This document shows, piece by piece, positions 16,379 through 27,960 of a stretch of DNA of 64,000 nucleotides. A program made the position numbers and the translations under genes. The notes under the pieces were generated by a model. That model worked only from the letters and a program-made list of their open reading frames with translations. It made no database searches and was not told where the DNA came from. Each line of letters opens with the position of its first letter. Positions within the stretch are counted from its first letter, which is position 1. The DNA comes from the human T2T-CHM13v2.0 reference genome, Homo sapiens, in assembly GCF_009914755.1 (NCBI RefSeq), contig NC_060944.1; one strand, 5' to 3'.

Positions 16379-16703
16379 TTTTTTTTTTTGGCAAGGGTGG
16401 GGGTGGGGGGTGGGGGGTGGGGGCAGGGTTTCGCTCTATCACCTAGGCTGGAGTGCAGTGGTGCAATCTCAGTACACTGCAACCTCCACTTCCTGGCTCA
16501 AGTGATCCTTCAGCCTCAGCCCCCTGAGTAGCTGGGATCCCAGGCACAAGCCACCATGCCCGGCTCATTTTTGTATTTTTTATAGAGACAGGGTTTTGCC
16601 ATGTTGCTCAGGCTGGTCTCCAACCCCTGAGCTCAAAGCGATCCACCCACCTCGGCCTCCCAAAGTGCTAGGATTACAGGCATGAGCCACCCCATCTGGC
16701 GCC
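16379..16703 (-). mobile_element. Alu (AluJ-type) with G-rich insertion next to its tail
   Basis: Poly-T, then a (GnT) tract, then the antisense Alu body. Confidence 0.9.
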
Positions 16704-16714
16704 CTGAGAGTCTC

Positions 16715-16930
16715 GACCTGTGGTTGTCAAACTTTTTCTGAAAGGCCAGATAGTAAATATTTAAAGCACTGTGGGCCATACCATCATGTCTGTTACAACT
16801 ACTCAACTTTGCTGTTGTAGTGCAAAGGCAACCATGGACAATATGGAAATGCACAGGCATGACTGTGTTCGAATAAAACTTTATAGACAAAACAGTCAGC
16901 TGATTGTAGTCTGCTGACTTCCGCCCTGAA
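16715..16930 (+). mobile_element. MER58A-like hAT-Charlie element
   Basis: caaactttttctgaaaggccagatagtaaatattt...gaataaaactttat. Confidence 0.8.
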
Positions 16931-17252
16931 TGAACAGCCTTCAGCTTGCCACAGTCCTCACCACTCCGCACTGCCTTATGCCCGGCTCACTTCCCTCACT
17001 TATAACACCTCAGTGGGCCCTGTAGGCGTATGAATTTGCAGCCTCTAATCTAAGTTCTTTTTAAGGTTAGAGTTTGGGGAACAAAAAACAGGCAGTCTTG
17101 TAAGCTGGCTGCTTGGGTGAACAAGAGGAAGGTAAAATCCTTCAACAATTATGATTTAGCAACTAGTATGTGCTAGGTGTAATTCTAGATGTTTATCCTG
17201 AACCAAAACACTGGGATACAGAAGAGAAAAAGGGAGATTTAAAAAAATTCCT

Positions 17253-17548
17253 GACCAGGTGCGATGACTCATGCCTGTAATCCCAGCATTTTGGGAGGCC
17301 GAGGCAAATTCCTTGAGCCCAGGAATTTGAGACCAGACAGGGCAATGTGGCAAAGCCCCATTTCTACAGAAAATATAAAAAAATTAGCCCAATGTGGTGG
17401 CACACGCTTATAGTCCCAGCTACTTGGGAGGCTGAGGTGAGAGGATCACTTGGGCTTGGGGTGGTCAAGGCTGCAGTGAGCTGTGATTGCTCTACTGTAC
17501 TCCAGCCTCGGCAACAGAGCGAGATCTTGTCTCCAAAAAAAAAAAAAT
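17253..17548 (+). mobile_element. Alu (AluJ-type)
   Basis: Dimer with A tail. Confidence 0.92.
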
Positions 17549-17751
17549 CCCACTCATAGAGCTTCATTTTAAGGGAGAAGACAGAGTAAACAAATAAATG
17601 AGAGATATAATGTGTTAAGGATAATAGATATGTTCCTTATCTTAATTGTGATGATGGTTTCACGTGATGGTTTCACAGGTGTAAATGTGTGAAAATTTGT
17701 CAAACTATACACTTTAAGTATGAGCAGCTTATCATATGCCAACTGTGCTTC

Positions 17752-18138
17752 TGTTAAATTAAGTTTAGCCTGAAGCTGCCTCCTTACCTATTTCTAGTTC
17801 AGCCTAAAGGTTTCCCTGTACGTGATGAACCATGACCTACCTAGATGTGTAAACAGACTACAACTTACCCTTGCACCAGTCACCAAGTTTTGGCCAATCA
17901 GTGGTGGCCAACTGTTCAAACTGTGTTCAAATAAGACAAATGCCAAGCTGTAACCAATCCAATTGTTTCTGTACCTCACTTCCGTTTTCTCTATGTCACT
18001 TTCCTTTTTGTGTCCATAAATCCTCTCCAACCATGTGGTAACACCTATTCTGGTTCGGGGGGCTGCCCAATTCACAAATTATCCTCTGCTCCATTAAACT
18101 CTGTTAAATTTAATTGGTCCAAAGTTTTTCTTTTAATA
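17752..18138 (+). mobile_element. MER57-type ERV1 solo LTR inserted in an L1M 3' end
   Basis: Starts TGTTAAATTAAGTTTAGCCT; CCAAT boxes at 17894 and 17954; ATTAAA near the 3' end; 4-bp flanks cttc/gttc. Confidence 0.8.
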
Positions 18139-18151
18139 GTTCAATAAAGCT

Positions 18152-18197
<46 letters not shown>

Positions 18198-18202
18198 TAT
18201 AT
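18152..18202. repeat. (TA)n(CA)n compound microsatellite
   Basis: Seen directly. Confidence 0.95.
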
Positions 18203-18504
18203 AAAGAAATGAAGAAAAAAACAACTGCTTATCTAGAAAGATACCAAAATGTAACTAGGTTTTTGAGTTTTGTTCCAAATATGTATTATTTTTAACATAT
18301 GATGTTCTTTAATGTGTCATATATTGCTATTTTAATAAAGAGCTCCATTTTTGTTTCTGTCTTTAAAAAAAGATATACAGTGTATCAGATGGTGATAAGT
18401 ACAACAGATAGAAATATGCAAAGAAGAGATATAGAGAGAGTTGGAAGGGGGTTATAAATGGTAAATGAGAAGACAGAGAAAAACAGTAATTAAGATCTCA
18501 CAGT

Positions 18505-19395
<891 letters not shown>

Positions 19396-19560
19396 TGGCG
19401 GCACATGCCTATAGTCTTTGCTACTCAGAAGACTGAGGCAGGAGGATCACTTGAGTCAGGAGTTAGAGGCTGAAGGGCACTATCCTCATGCCTGTGAATA
19501 GCCACTGCACTCCAGCCTGGGCAACATAGTGAGACTCCATCGCAAAAAATACAAAATAAA
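19396..19560 (+). mobile_element. FAM/FLAM-type Alu monomer (its 5' end is at 18830-18842)
   Basis: Retains the 7SL-like segment gcctgtgaatagccactgcactccagcctggg. Confidence 0.8.
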
Positions 19561-19830
19561 ATCTCAAAGCAGAATCCACTTACAAAACAAACTCTAAATG
19601 TGCAAGTTATACTCCCTTTCTCAGCCCTAATCCAACCCTCCATCGTGCCCTCCCCTCCTCACTCCTGCTAAACTTCAGGGTTGCCGACAGCTGAGTTTAA
19701 GCTCCATGCCCTGCTACATGATTCACAGCTGAAGCCTCCTTCTGGGTCTTGCTGTCTTCATCCTGCCTCTTCTGATCCATCCCGACAGTCCCAGGGAAGT
19801 GTAGTTGTTCCTGGTCTGTTCCTCATTAGC

Positions 19831-20283
19831 TGTGTCGAAAGACAAAATCACAAGTTTAAAGATCTCAGTTGGCTTTATTTACAATTCTAAAATTGGGCAA
19901 CACTTCGTTTCATCAAATAGAATAAATGTTCCAGTAAGCTGAGAAGCAGAGGTTGGCTTTATAAAGACAGAGAAGGACTGAAGAAAGCAGAAACAAAGAA
20001 CAAAAAGTATATTAGTTACTTTAGAGCAATAGAAAAATAACTGGTTAACATCAGGTTACTTCAGGCTACCTTTTTTGTGTAAGGATGAAAGCAGAGGGAA
20101 CTTCATCATCACACTGATTGAAGATTTAAGCTGGCTGCTTGTCTCTCTCCTGATTTCTGGAAAGGTCAGATAACAACTTAGCTTAGGTTCAGTGACCTGG
20201 AACTCTAGCATGGGTGACTCCATTTTGATTTTCAGTCTGTTCTGTTGGGGACTAGTGCAGGAGCTTAGTCCAAAACAATGGCT
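19831..20283 (-). mobile_element. MER31-like ERV1 LTR fragment
   Basis: tgtcgaaagacaaaatcacaag...tttaaagatctcagttggctttatt (LTR poly(A) region on the minus strand). Confidence 0.6.
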
Positions 20284-20285
20284 GG

Positions 20286-20445
20286 TAAGGTTGCCAGATT
20301 TAGCAAAAACAGCAACAAATAGTATGCCCAGTTAAACGCGAATTTCAGATAGACATCAAATAATTTTGTAGTAAAATTATGTCCCATGTTTATCTGAAAT
20401 TCACATTTAACTGGGCATCCTGTATTTTATCCTGTATTTTATCTA
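20286..20445. mobile_element. MER53 palindromic hAT MITE
   Basis: taaggttgccagatttagcaa terminus; internal inverted repeat 20324-20356 / 20386-20418. Confidence 0.85.
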
Positions 20446-20666
20446 AATTCTGTGTCACTCCCCAAGAAATCAACTTGGGTTCTGAGGCCATCTATAAAAG
20501 GAAGTTTATTAAAGTGGCTTTTTAAGGGAATTTTTTTTTTAAATCAGAGAAACTCCTTTTTCCATGATGGACCCCAAGCTAATGAATAGGCTTTTAAAAT
20601 AGTGAGTGAGAGGTTTACAACACTTAAGAGACAGACATTGGTGAGAAGGGCTTTTCAGCAAAGTCC

Positions 20667-21439
20667 TATAATTGCTGAATGGGTTCTTCCTGCTCGCTGC
20701 ACAGACAAAACCAGTTCACTGAGACTGCAGTATTGCAGTAGAGAAAGAGTTTTATTAATGCAGAGCTAGCCAAGTGGGCTAGGTGGAGTTATTCCTCAAA
20801 TCAGTCTTTCTGAAAACTTCAGAAACCAGGGTTTTTATAAATACTTTGGTGAGCAGGGGGATAGGGAATGGGTGCTGCTGATTGGTTGGGGGGGTGAAAT
20901 CATCGAGATATGGAAAACAGCCCCGTGCACTGAGTCTGCCTCTAGATGGGAGCCACAGGACCAGTCCACTCATGAATCTTTAGTCCAGGCGGGGTCAGTT
21001 GGTTGCCAGGATGTGAAAGTATGAAAAACATCTCAAAAGATGAATCTTAGGTTCTACAATAGTGATGTTATCTACAGGAGCAATTGGGGAAATTACAAAT
21101 CTTGTGACCTCTGGCCACATGACTCCTGAGCAGTAAGGAATTACCAAAACTACACCTGCATTTTAGCATAATTCAGGCCCATCCCATAATCCTAACCTCA
21201 TGGACTTTCATTAATTTTACAAAGGTAGCTTCAGTCCCTGAGCAAGGAGGGGGTTAGTTTTAGGGAGTGATTATTATCATCCTTGCTTCAAAGTTAAAAT
21301 ATAAACTAAACTCCTCTCGTGGTTGGCTTGGCCTATACCCAGAAATAAGCAAAGACAGGTAGCCGGTGAGGTCAGAGTCAAGATGGAGTCAACCATGCCA
21401 GATTTCTCTTGCTCTCTAATCTTTGCAAAGGCATTTTCA
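20667..21439 (-). mobile_element. LTR8-family (LTR8A/B-like) ERV1 solo LTR
   Basis: Minus strand starts TGAAAATGCCTTTGCAAAGATT; perfect 4-bp TSD gtcc at 20663-20666 and 21440-21443. Confidence 0.8.
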
Positions 21440-21649
21440 GTCCCTTAAGATCACATTAAATTAAAGTTAGATACCATCCTCACCGATTTCTCAGCTTCTG
21501 ATGGTTAACTGTTCAAGGGTCAGAGGAGAGATTCAAGGCCAAGGGTGATAAGCCTCCTAGTGTCCATGTAGATATAACCTAATCTCTACTTTCTCCTGGA
21601 GATGATCCATCTCCTTTTTCTAATCAAGATAATGAACAATAATGAAATG

Positions 21650-22215
21650 TGTATTCGTTATTTATCACTGTATAACAAATTATTCCCCAAATTTAGTGGC
21701 TTAAAGAAACAAACATTTATTATCTCATGTCTTCTAGGATAAAGAATTTAGCATAGCTAAATTCTAGCTCTGAGCAAGAGCTCAGAATCTTGCAAGGTTG
21801 AAATCAAGGTGTCAGCCAGGACTAGAGTCACCTCCAGGCTAGGCTGAGGGAAGATTCACGTCCAAGCTCACCACAAGCTTGTTGGCCAGATTTAGCTCCT
21901 TAGGGGCTGTTGATTTAAGGGCTTTAGTCCCTCACTGGTTATTGCCTGGAGGCATTAGCTATGTGATTCAATAGCTTCGCTCCATGTGGGCCTCTCCATT
22001 GGGAAGCTCAAAACATGGCAGCTCAATTGCTTCATCAGAGCAAACAAGTGAGAGATCTCGAAACTGAACAACACAGAAATCATTTATAACCTAATCCGAA
22101 AATGACATCCACCATATTTGCCGTCTTCTATTCATTAGAAGTTGCTAAGTGATACTTCTAGTGACATCTAGAAGAGAAGAGGATGCCACTAGGCCACGAA
22201 TACCAGGAGGGTCTC
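21650..22215 (-). mobile_element. MLT1 (E/F-like) MaLR LTR
   Basis: taacaaattattccccaaatttagtggcttaaagaaacaaacatttattatctca motif. Confidence 0.7.
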
Positions 22216-22689
22216 AGTGTAATCGGACTTTTTATATGAAGGCTCAGGGATCCAGGCACCAGTATTCCAGTGACCCAGCCTCAGAAGTTACACAGTGTCA
22301 CTCTGCAGGCTACTGATCAAACCAGTCACAAGCCCACTTTTATTTCAAGGGAAGGAACAACGAATTCTGGAGCCATGTTTTCAAACTGCCCCAGCTATTA
22401 TTATTTTTGAAACTGTGCAAGGATCCCCTGGTTCAGAGGTCTTATGGATGCTGTCATCTTTGCTGAGATACCTGCTTGTGCCTTCAGCATGGAAGAATGC
22501 CTGTGTATCCACCTGTACGGTAGGGGTCGCTGTGACTTTGACTGGTGAGGGTACAGCCACTGGTGCACATGCAAAGGTGCCTATCTGTGAACACGTATTG
22601 AGAGGCTGGATAAGGCTGCGCCCATGTGAGTGCTGGGCTTGTACGTGCATTTTTGCCTGAGTGAGCATTAGTGGCAGTGTCCCCAGCCT

Positions 22690-23480
22690 ACCCCTTTCCT
22701 GAATCCCAGGCTCATAGCCAACTGCCCACCTATTTCCACGTGGATGCCTGCTGAGCACCTCAAATGTCACACAGCCAAGACAGAACTCTGGATCTCCTTT
22801 CCCAGCCACAAGCTGCCCCTCTTCCAGTCTGTAAGTTCTTACGGAGCATATATATGTGATCTGCCTACTTTTCTCCAACCTCACCACAGTGACATGAGCC
22901 CAAACCAACTTCTCACCTTGCAACAGCCTCCCAGGTGGGAAGGCTGAGTATTCTGGCCCTTAACCAGTTAGAACTCCCCAGTTATCTGTCCTGCTGATGG
23001 GGTTGAAATCTACATTCCTGACCCTGGCCCACCAAAGCCCCTCCCTTAGCTCCCATCTCCCTCCTCTCTCCCTGTCTTCTCCTCTGCTCCAGACACTCTG
23101 GCTTCATTTCTGCGTTTTTTGTACCCCATAAGCTCCTTCCCACCCCGGGGCCTTTGCCTTTGCTGTTCCCCCTGCGGGGAATGCCGGATCTCTGCTCAGA
23201 TATCCTCTTCTCAGATCAGCAAGCTAAAGCAGCCACCTGTGTCTGCCTAACCCACCACCGTAGTTTAACTTTCTGCCTAGTCTTTATCACTAGCTGATAT
23301 TTCTCAGGATCCTTTAGTTACTTCTTTTTCGTCTTCCCCTCCTAGAATGTAAACTCTTCCCCTCCTAGAAGGTAAACAAAAGACCTGTTCTGTTTTGTTC
23401 TTCGGCCCATCCCAAGCCTAGCGTAGTGCCTGGTATGTGGTGGTGTCCAAACCCAAGCGTGGAGTGAATGAGGGATGAAT
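22690..23480 (+). mobile_element. L2 fragments upstream of SLC2A10
   Basis: ccaactgcc...ccacgtggatg...cacctcaaa...ccaagacagaactc and ctagaatgtaaactc L2 motifs. Confidence 0.7.
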
Positions 23481-23719
23481 CCATGAGAGAGTGAGCGGCT
23501 CCAGTGGGTATGCGCGAGTGTCTCACTCGGTGTAGATGTGTGTGTTGTGTGTGTTGTGTGTGTGCGCACGCTGGGGAGGCCAGACAAGTGTGGACCAGTG
23601 ATTGGGGCACCTCTTCCCTGCAAAGAGGCCAGGGGAAGACAGTGCGTGTGGGGTCTTCTACCAGGGAGGATGGCTTGCTGGTGTGTCCCCCCCAGGGGAG
23701 GACTACCAACGAAGGGGAC

Positions 23720-24480
23720 CCGGGAGATGGCGGGTGGGGGCCCCCGGGAGGACAGTGGGCGAGGGAGGGGGTCCTTGCCAGGCCTGGGGCGGCCGGGGGC
23801 GGTCCTGGGCTCCCCTCCGTCCCGCCTCCAGGCCTCGGGGCCTGGCTGGCCGACGTGGCGTTGGCGGCGCTGCGCGCGGGAGGGCAGGGCAGGAGGGACA
23901 GAGGCGGGGGCGGGCCGGAAAGTTTGTCCGGCGGCAGCGGCGTTGGGGACTCCGGCGGGGGATGCGCGCCCGGCCCCTCAGCGCCCCCAGCACGCCGCCG
24001 AGTCCCGCTCGCCATGGGTAAGTCCCGATCGGGCGCTGCCTGCTGGAAGCCCGACCCCTTCCCAGGGTGTAGACACCGCCCCCACGCTCCCCTAAGAGTG
24101 CGCGCCCCCTGGCTCCCCCAGGGCCGCCCCGGCCGGATACCGCCTCTCGGGTGGCCAGCCCGAGACTGCAGGCCTGCGGCGGGGGCTGGGACGGGGCTCG
24201 GTCGCGCTTCCTTCCATCTTCCTTTCTGCCCCGGAAAAGTGGCCCCTCACTTGCTGCAGCGCCCACTCGGGCCCAGGCACTCTCCCGGGCGCCCTGATCC
24301 GACAGCCCCAGGCAAGTGCAGCTGTTCCTGGTCTGCAGATGAAGAAATGGAGGCTCCGAAAGAAGCAAAGCAGTTCATCGATTCGCTGAGCGCGGTTGTG
24401 CCCCAGGCGCTGTTGTGGGCCTGGGGACGCTGTCGCGAACGAAACTGCGAACAAAACAGACGAACCCCCTCCTCTGGACG
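23720..24480. promoter_or_regulatory. SLC2A10: CpG island / SLC2A10 promoter and exon 1
   Basis: Very high GC and CpG content; tandem GC boxes gaggcgggggcgggcc at 23901-23916; (TG)-rich tract at about 23535-23563. Confidence 0.9.
24014..24017 (+). CDS. SLC2A10: SLC2A10 coding exon 1 (ATG G only)
   Basis: Strong Kozak gccATGG followed directly by the donor GTAAGT at 24018. Joining exon 2 gives [19 protein letters not shown], the GLUT10 N-terminus. Confidence 0.95.
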
Positions 24481-25147
24481 TGATTCTGCAGAGAGGGGAC
24501 AGAGAAGGAGATTCTAACACAGCATTGGGGTGGGACGCGTGGGGAATGGCTTTGTTGCCACTCGGGACTAGGGCTCTATTTTTCTCTCTGCATTCAGAAG
24601 CCTCGAAGGATCAGTCGTTGATTCTTGAGTGAGCACCTACTACGTGCCAGACATTGATATAGGGGTTAGAGCTTCAGCAATGAACAAAATAGACAATAAA
24701 CCTCTCTCTCATGGAGGTGGCATTCTGATTGAGCAGCTGGGTAAACACGTTTATGAATAACTTCAGAGAGAGATAAGGTGTTGTGGAACCCATAAAATGG
24801 GGTGGCGTGAAGGCCAAGGGCGTGGGTTCCTTGGGTAGGTGGTCAGGGTGGGTTTTCTGGAGTAGGACGTTTTGGAGCTGAGAACTTCCTCAGAAGCGGG
24901 TCTTGCTGAGATCTGGAGAAAGAGCTTCCAGGTGGCAGCAACAGTGCAAAGGCCCTCAGGCAGGAATGAGTTTGAGTGGCCCAGGCCAGGATGGCCAGAG
25001 CACAGCGGGCAGGGCACTGAGGTCAAAGGGATGGCAGAGAGGTGTGCAGGGCTTTGTAAGCCGTGGTGAGAAGTTCAGATTTTATTGCAAATGCCACGGC
25101 AAGCTGGAGAAGGGTTTTAAGCTGGAGCGGGGCCGTGACCTGAATTA

Positions 25148-25435
25148 TCTTTTCTTTTTTTTTTCTTTTTTTTGAGATGATCACTCTGTCGCCAGGCTGG
25201 AGTGCAGTGGCGTGATCCCGCTCACTGCAACCTCCAGCTCCCTGGTTCAAGCAATTCTCCTGCCTCAGCCTCCCAAGTAGCTGGGATTACAGGCATACAC
25301 CACCACGCCCAGCTAATTTTTGTATTTTTAGTAGAGAGTGGGTTTCACCATGTTGGCCAGGATGTCTTGATCTCCTGACCTCGTGATCCGGCTGCCTCGG
25401 CTTGGGATTACAGGCGTGAGCCTCCGCGCCCGGCC
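25148..25435 (-). mobile_element. Alu (AluS-type), SLC2A10 intron 1
   Basis: TSD-like cctgaattatctt/cctgaattaactt. Confidence 0.93.
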
Positions 25436-26878
25436 CTGAATTAACTTCTCAAAGTTTGCTCTGAGTCGTTCTGTGGAGAATCACAGTCGCTAACACTGGC
25501 TATGATGTAGGTAAGCATAGAAGGTAGGCATTAATATCCCATTTGTAGATGGGGAAGCCCAGAGAGGTGAGGTGAGTTCCCCAAGGTCACACAGCTATGG
25601 AGAGGAGAAGCTGGGAAGGAGCCCCAGCATTCTGACTCCAGTCTGCATTCCTAACCACTGCACCACGTGGCCTGTCATGGTGGATTAATGGTAAAACTGG
25701 TGACCAGTTCCGGCTCTGACAGGAGAGTCCATCCTCTTAACCCCCACAGCACAGTGCCCCAGAGCCTGAGAAAAAAATGAGGCCCAGAGAGGTCAAGGTC
25801 TTCTTAAGGACACTCAGCTTAGCCCTAGCCCCTTGTTCCTGCACCTCCTATTCCTGCTAAATCAACCCAACAGCCATTTGCTGAGTGCCTTCTATGGGCA
25901 GAGCGAGGGCTGGGTGTTAGTGCTGGGGGAGGCATAAGTCATGGCTGCGGGTCTCTGTCCTCCCCAGAATTCTTACACAGCAGGGACCAGGGATTGGGCT
26001 CTCTTTATAGCCTCTGGGGGCAGAACTGGGTTCTAGACCCAATTCCTCTCACTTTGTTCCACCATTCCACTTTGACCTGGGAGAGTCTGCCAACTTCTCT
26101 GGTCACTATCAAATACCCTTATCACAGGGTAGCCATGAGAATGATGTGAAAAAATGAATTACAGTGCTCGGCTCATCACCTATATCTGGTAAATGGTGAG
26201 TGAATGTGAGTTTTTATTTTATATTGCACCCAATATTGGGATTCTGGAGTCAGACTGCCCGAGTTCAAGTTCCTGCTATGTGACTTACAAACTGTGCCAC
26301 CTTGGGGAAATGTCTTCACCTCTCAGTGTGGTGGTTATTTCTGTAAAATGGGAATGACAATAGTGATTGTCATAGGATTGTCTAGGGATTAAGCCAGCTG
26401 GTACAGATACTGCCCCTTAGGAGAGTGGCTGGCTATAGTGGGTACTCCAAGTATCAGCTGTGGCTGCAATTGCTGGGACATTTGGAAGCCGGCCATCTGC
26501 AAGAGGATATTCATACAGTTCAATTTCACTTCTGGCTTCTCCCTGGAGCTTCAGGGAAAGCCACAGCAGGTCTCTGGTGCAGGAGGGACCCAGTGCTCTG
26601 TGACCTCTGGTTGAGACACTACTCTAGTGTCACCAACGGGAGGCCTGGGACTTGCAGCTGGAGATACTTGCATCCCAAACCAGGGTTCTCCCCCCTCCCC
26701 CTGCCCCCTGACTCTGTCCCGGGGAAGCTGTGCCCTCCACAGCGAGGGGCTTAGAGGATTAAGGGATTTCCTCCAGTGTGGGACATCTTCACTACAGCCT
26801 ATGTTAGGCAGGTTATTAATAGAAAGGATGCACACTTGCTAAACTTAGGTCAAGCCGTCTTAATGTGTTCTCCTTAAT

Positions 26879-27240
<362 letters not shown>

Positions 27241-27354
27241 TAATTTGAGGACGAGGCTTTGCTCTGCTTCCTGTCCATGGCCACTTCCAGGCCCTGGACC
27301 TTTCAGATGTTCATGAGCCAAGATCCTTTCTTTCTGGATTTCCTACATCCCCAC

Positions 27355-27960
27355 AGTTCATTTGGTTTTTCATTCATTCACTCAATCATTCATTTGTTTA
27401 ACAAATATTATTGATTGAGTGCTGAGTAACTGTCCTTGGCCTCAGGGAGACAGCTGAGAAGAAACAAACCACTCCTGTTCCCTTGAGGCTGACTTTCAGG
27501 TCAGGGAGACCAATAAATATGTAAAATATGTAGTTATTTTGGAAGATGAGAAGTGCCACGCAGAAAAAACAAGTGGAGAAGGGAATACAAAGTGCTAGAT
27601 GCTACAGGGAGGTTGAATTTTAGGTAGAAGGCCAGGGACAGCCTCACCGAGAAGGGGATGTTTCAGCAAAGATCAGAAGGGAGGAAGGAAGGAACTGTTG
27701 GCATGGAGGGACAGGACTTCCCAGGCAGAGAGGCTGGCAGGTACCAAGCTTTGAGTTGGGACGTGCTTGGAGTGAGAGTAGCAGCAAGGAACCAGTGTGA
27801 CTGGAGCCCAGTGAGAGGGGGCAGATCCTGCAGAGTCTTGAAGGCCACGGTGAGGACGTTGGCTTTTCTTAGACTGAAATAGGAGCCTTGGAGGGCTCCT
27901 AGTGGAAGAGTGACGAGGCCTGACTTAGGTTTTCCCAGAATCCTTCTGGCTGCTGTGTAG
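27355..27960 (-). mobile_element. L2 fragment
   Basis: cattcattcactcaatcattcatttgtttaacaaatatt tail and a typical antisense L2 body. Confidence 0.7.

Noticed and set aside
23365-24520. Overlapping 140-337 aa ORFs on both strands
   Set aside because: Expected stop-codon depletion in a CpG island, with low-complexity G/P/R/A content. Only the part after the real ATG was kept as a speculative extension.
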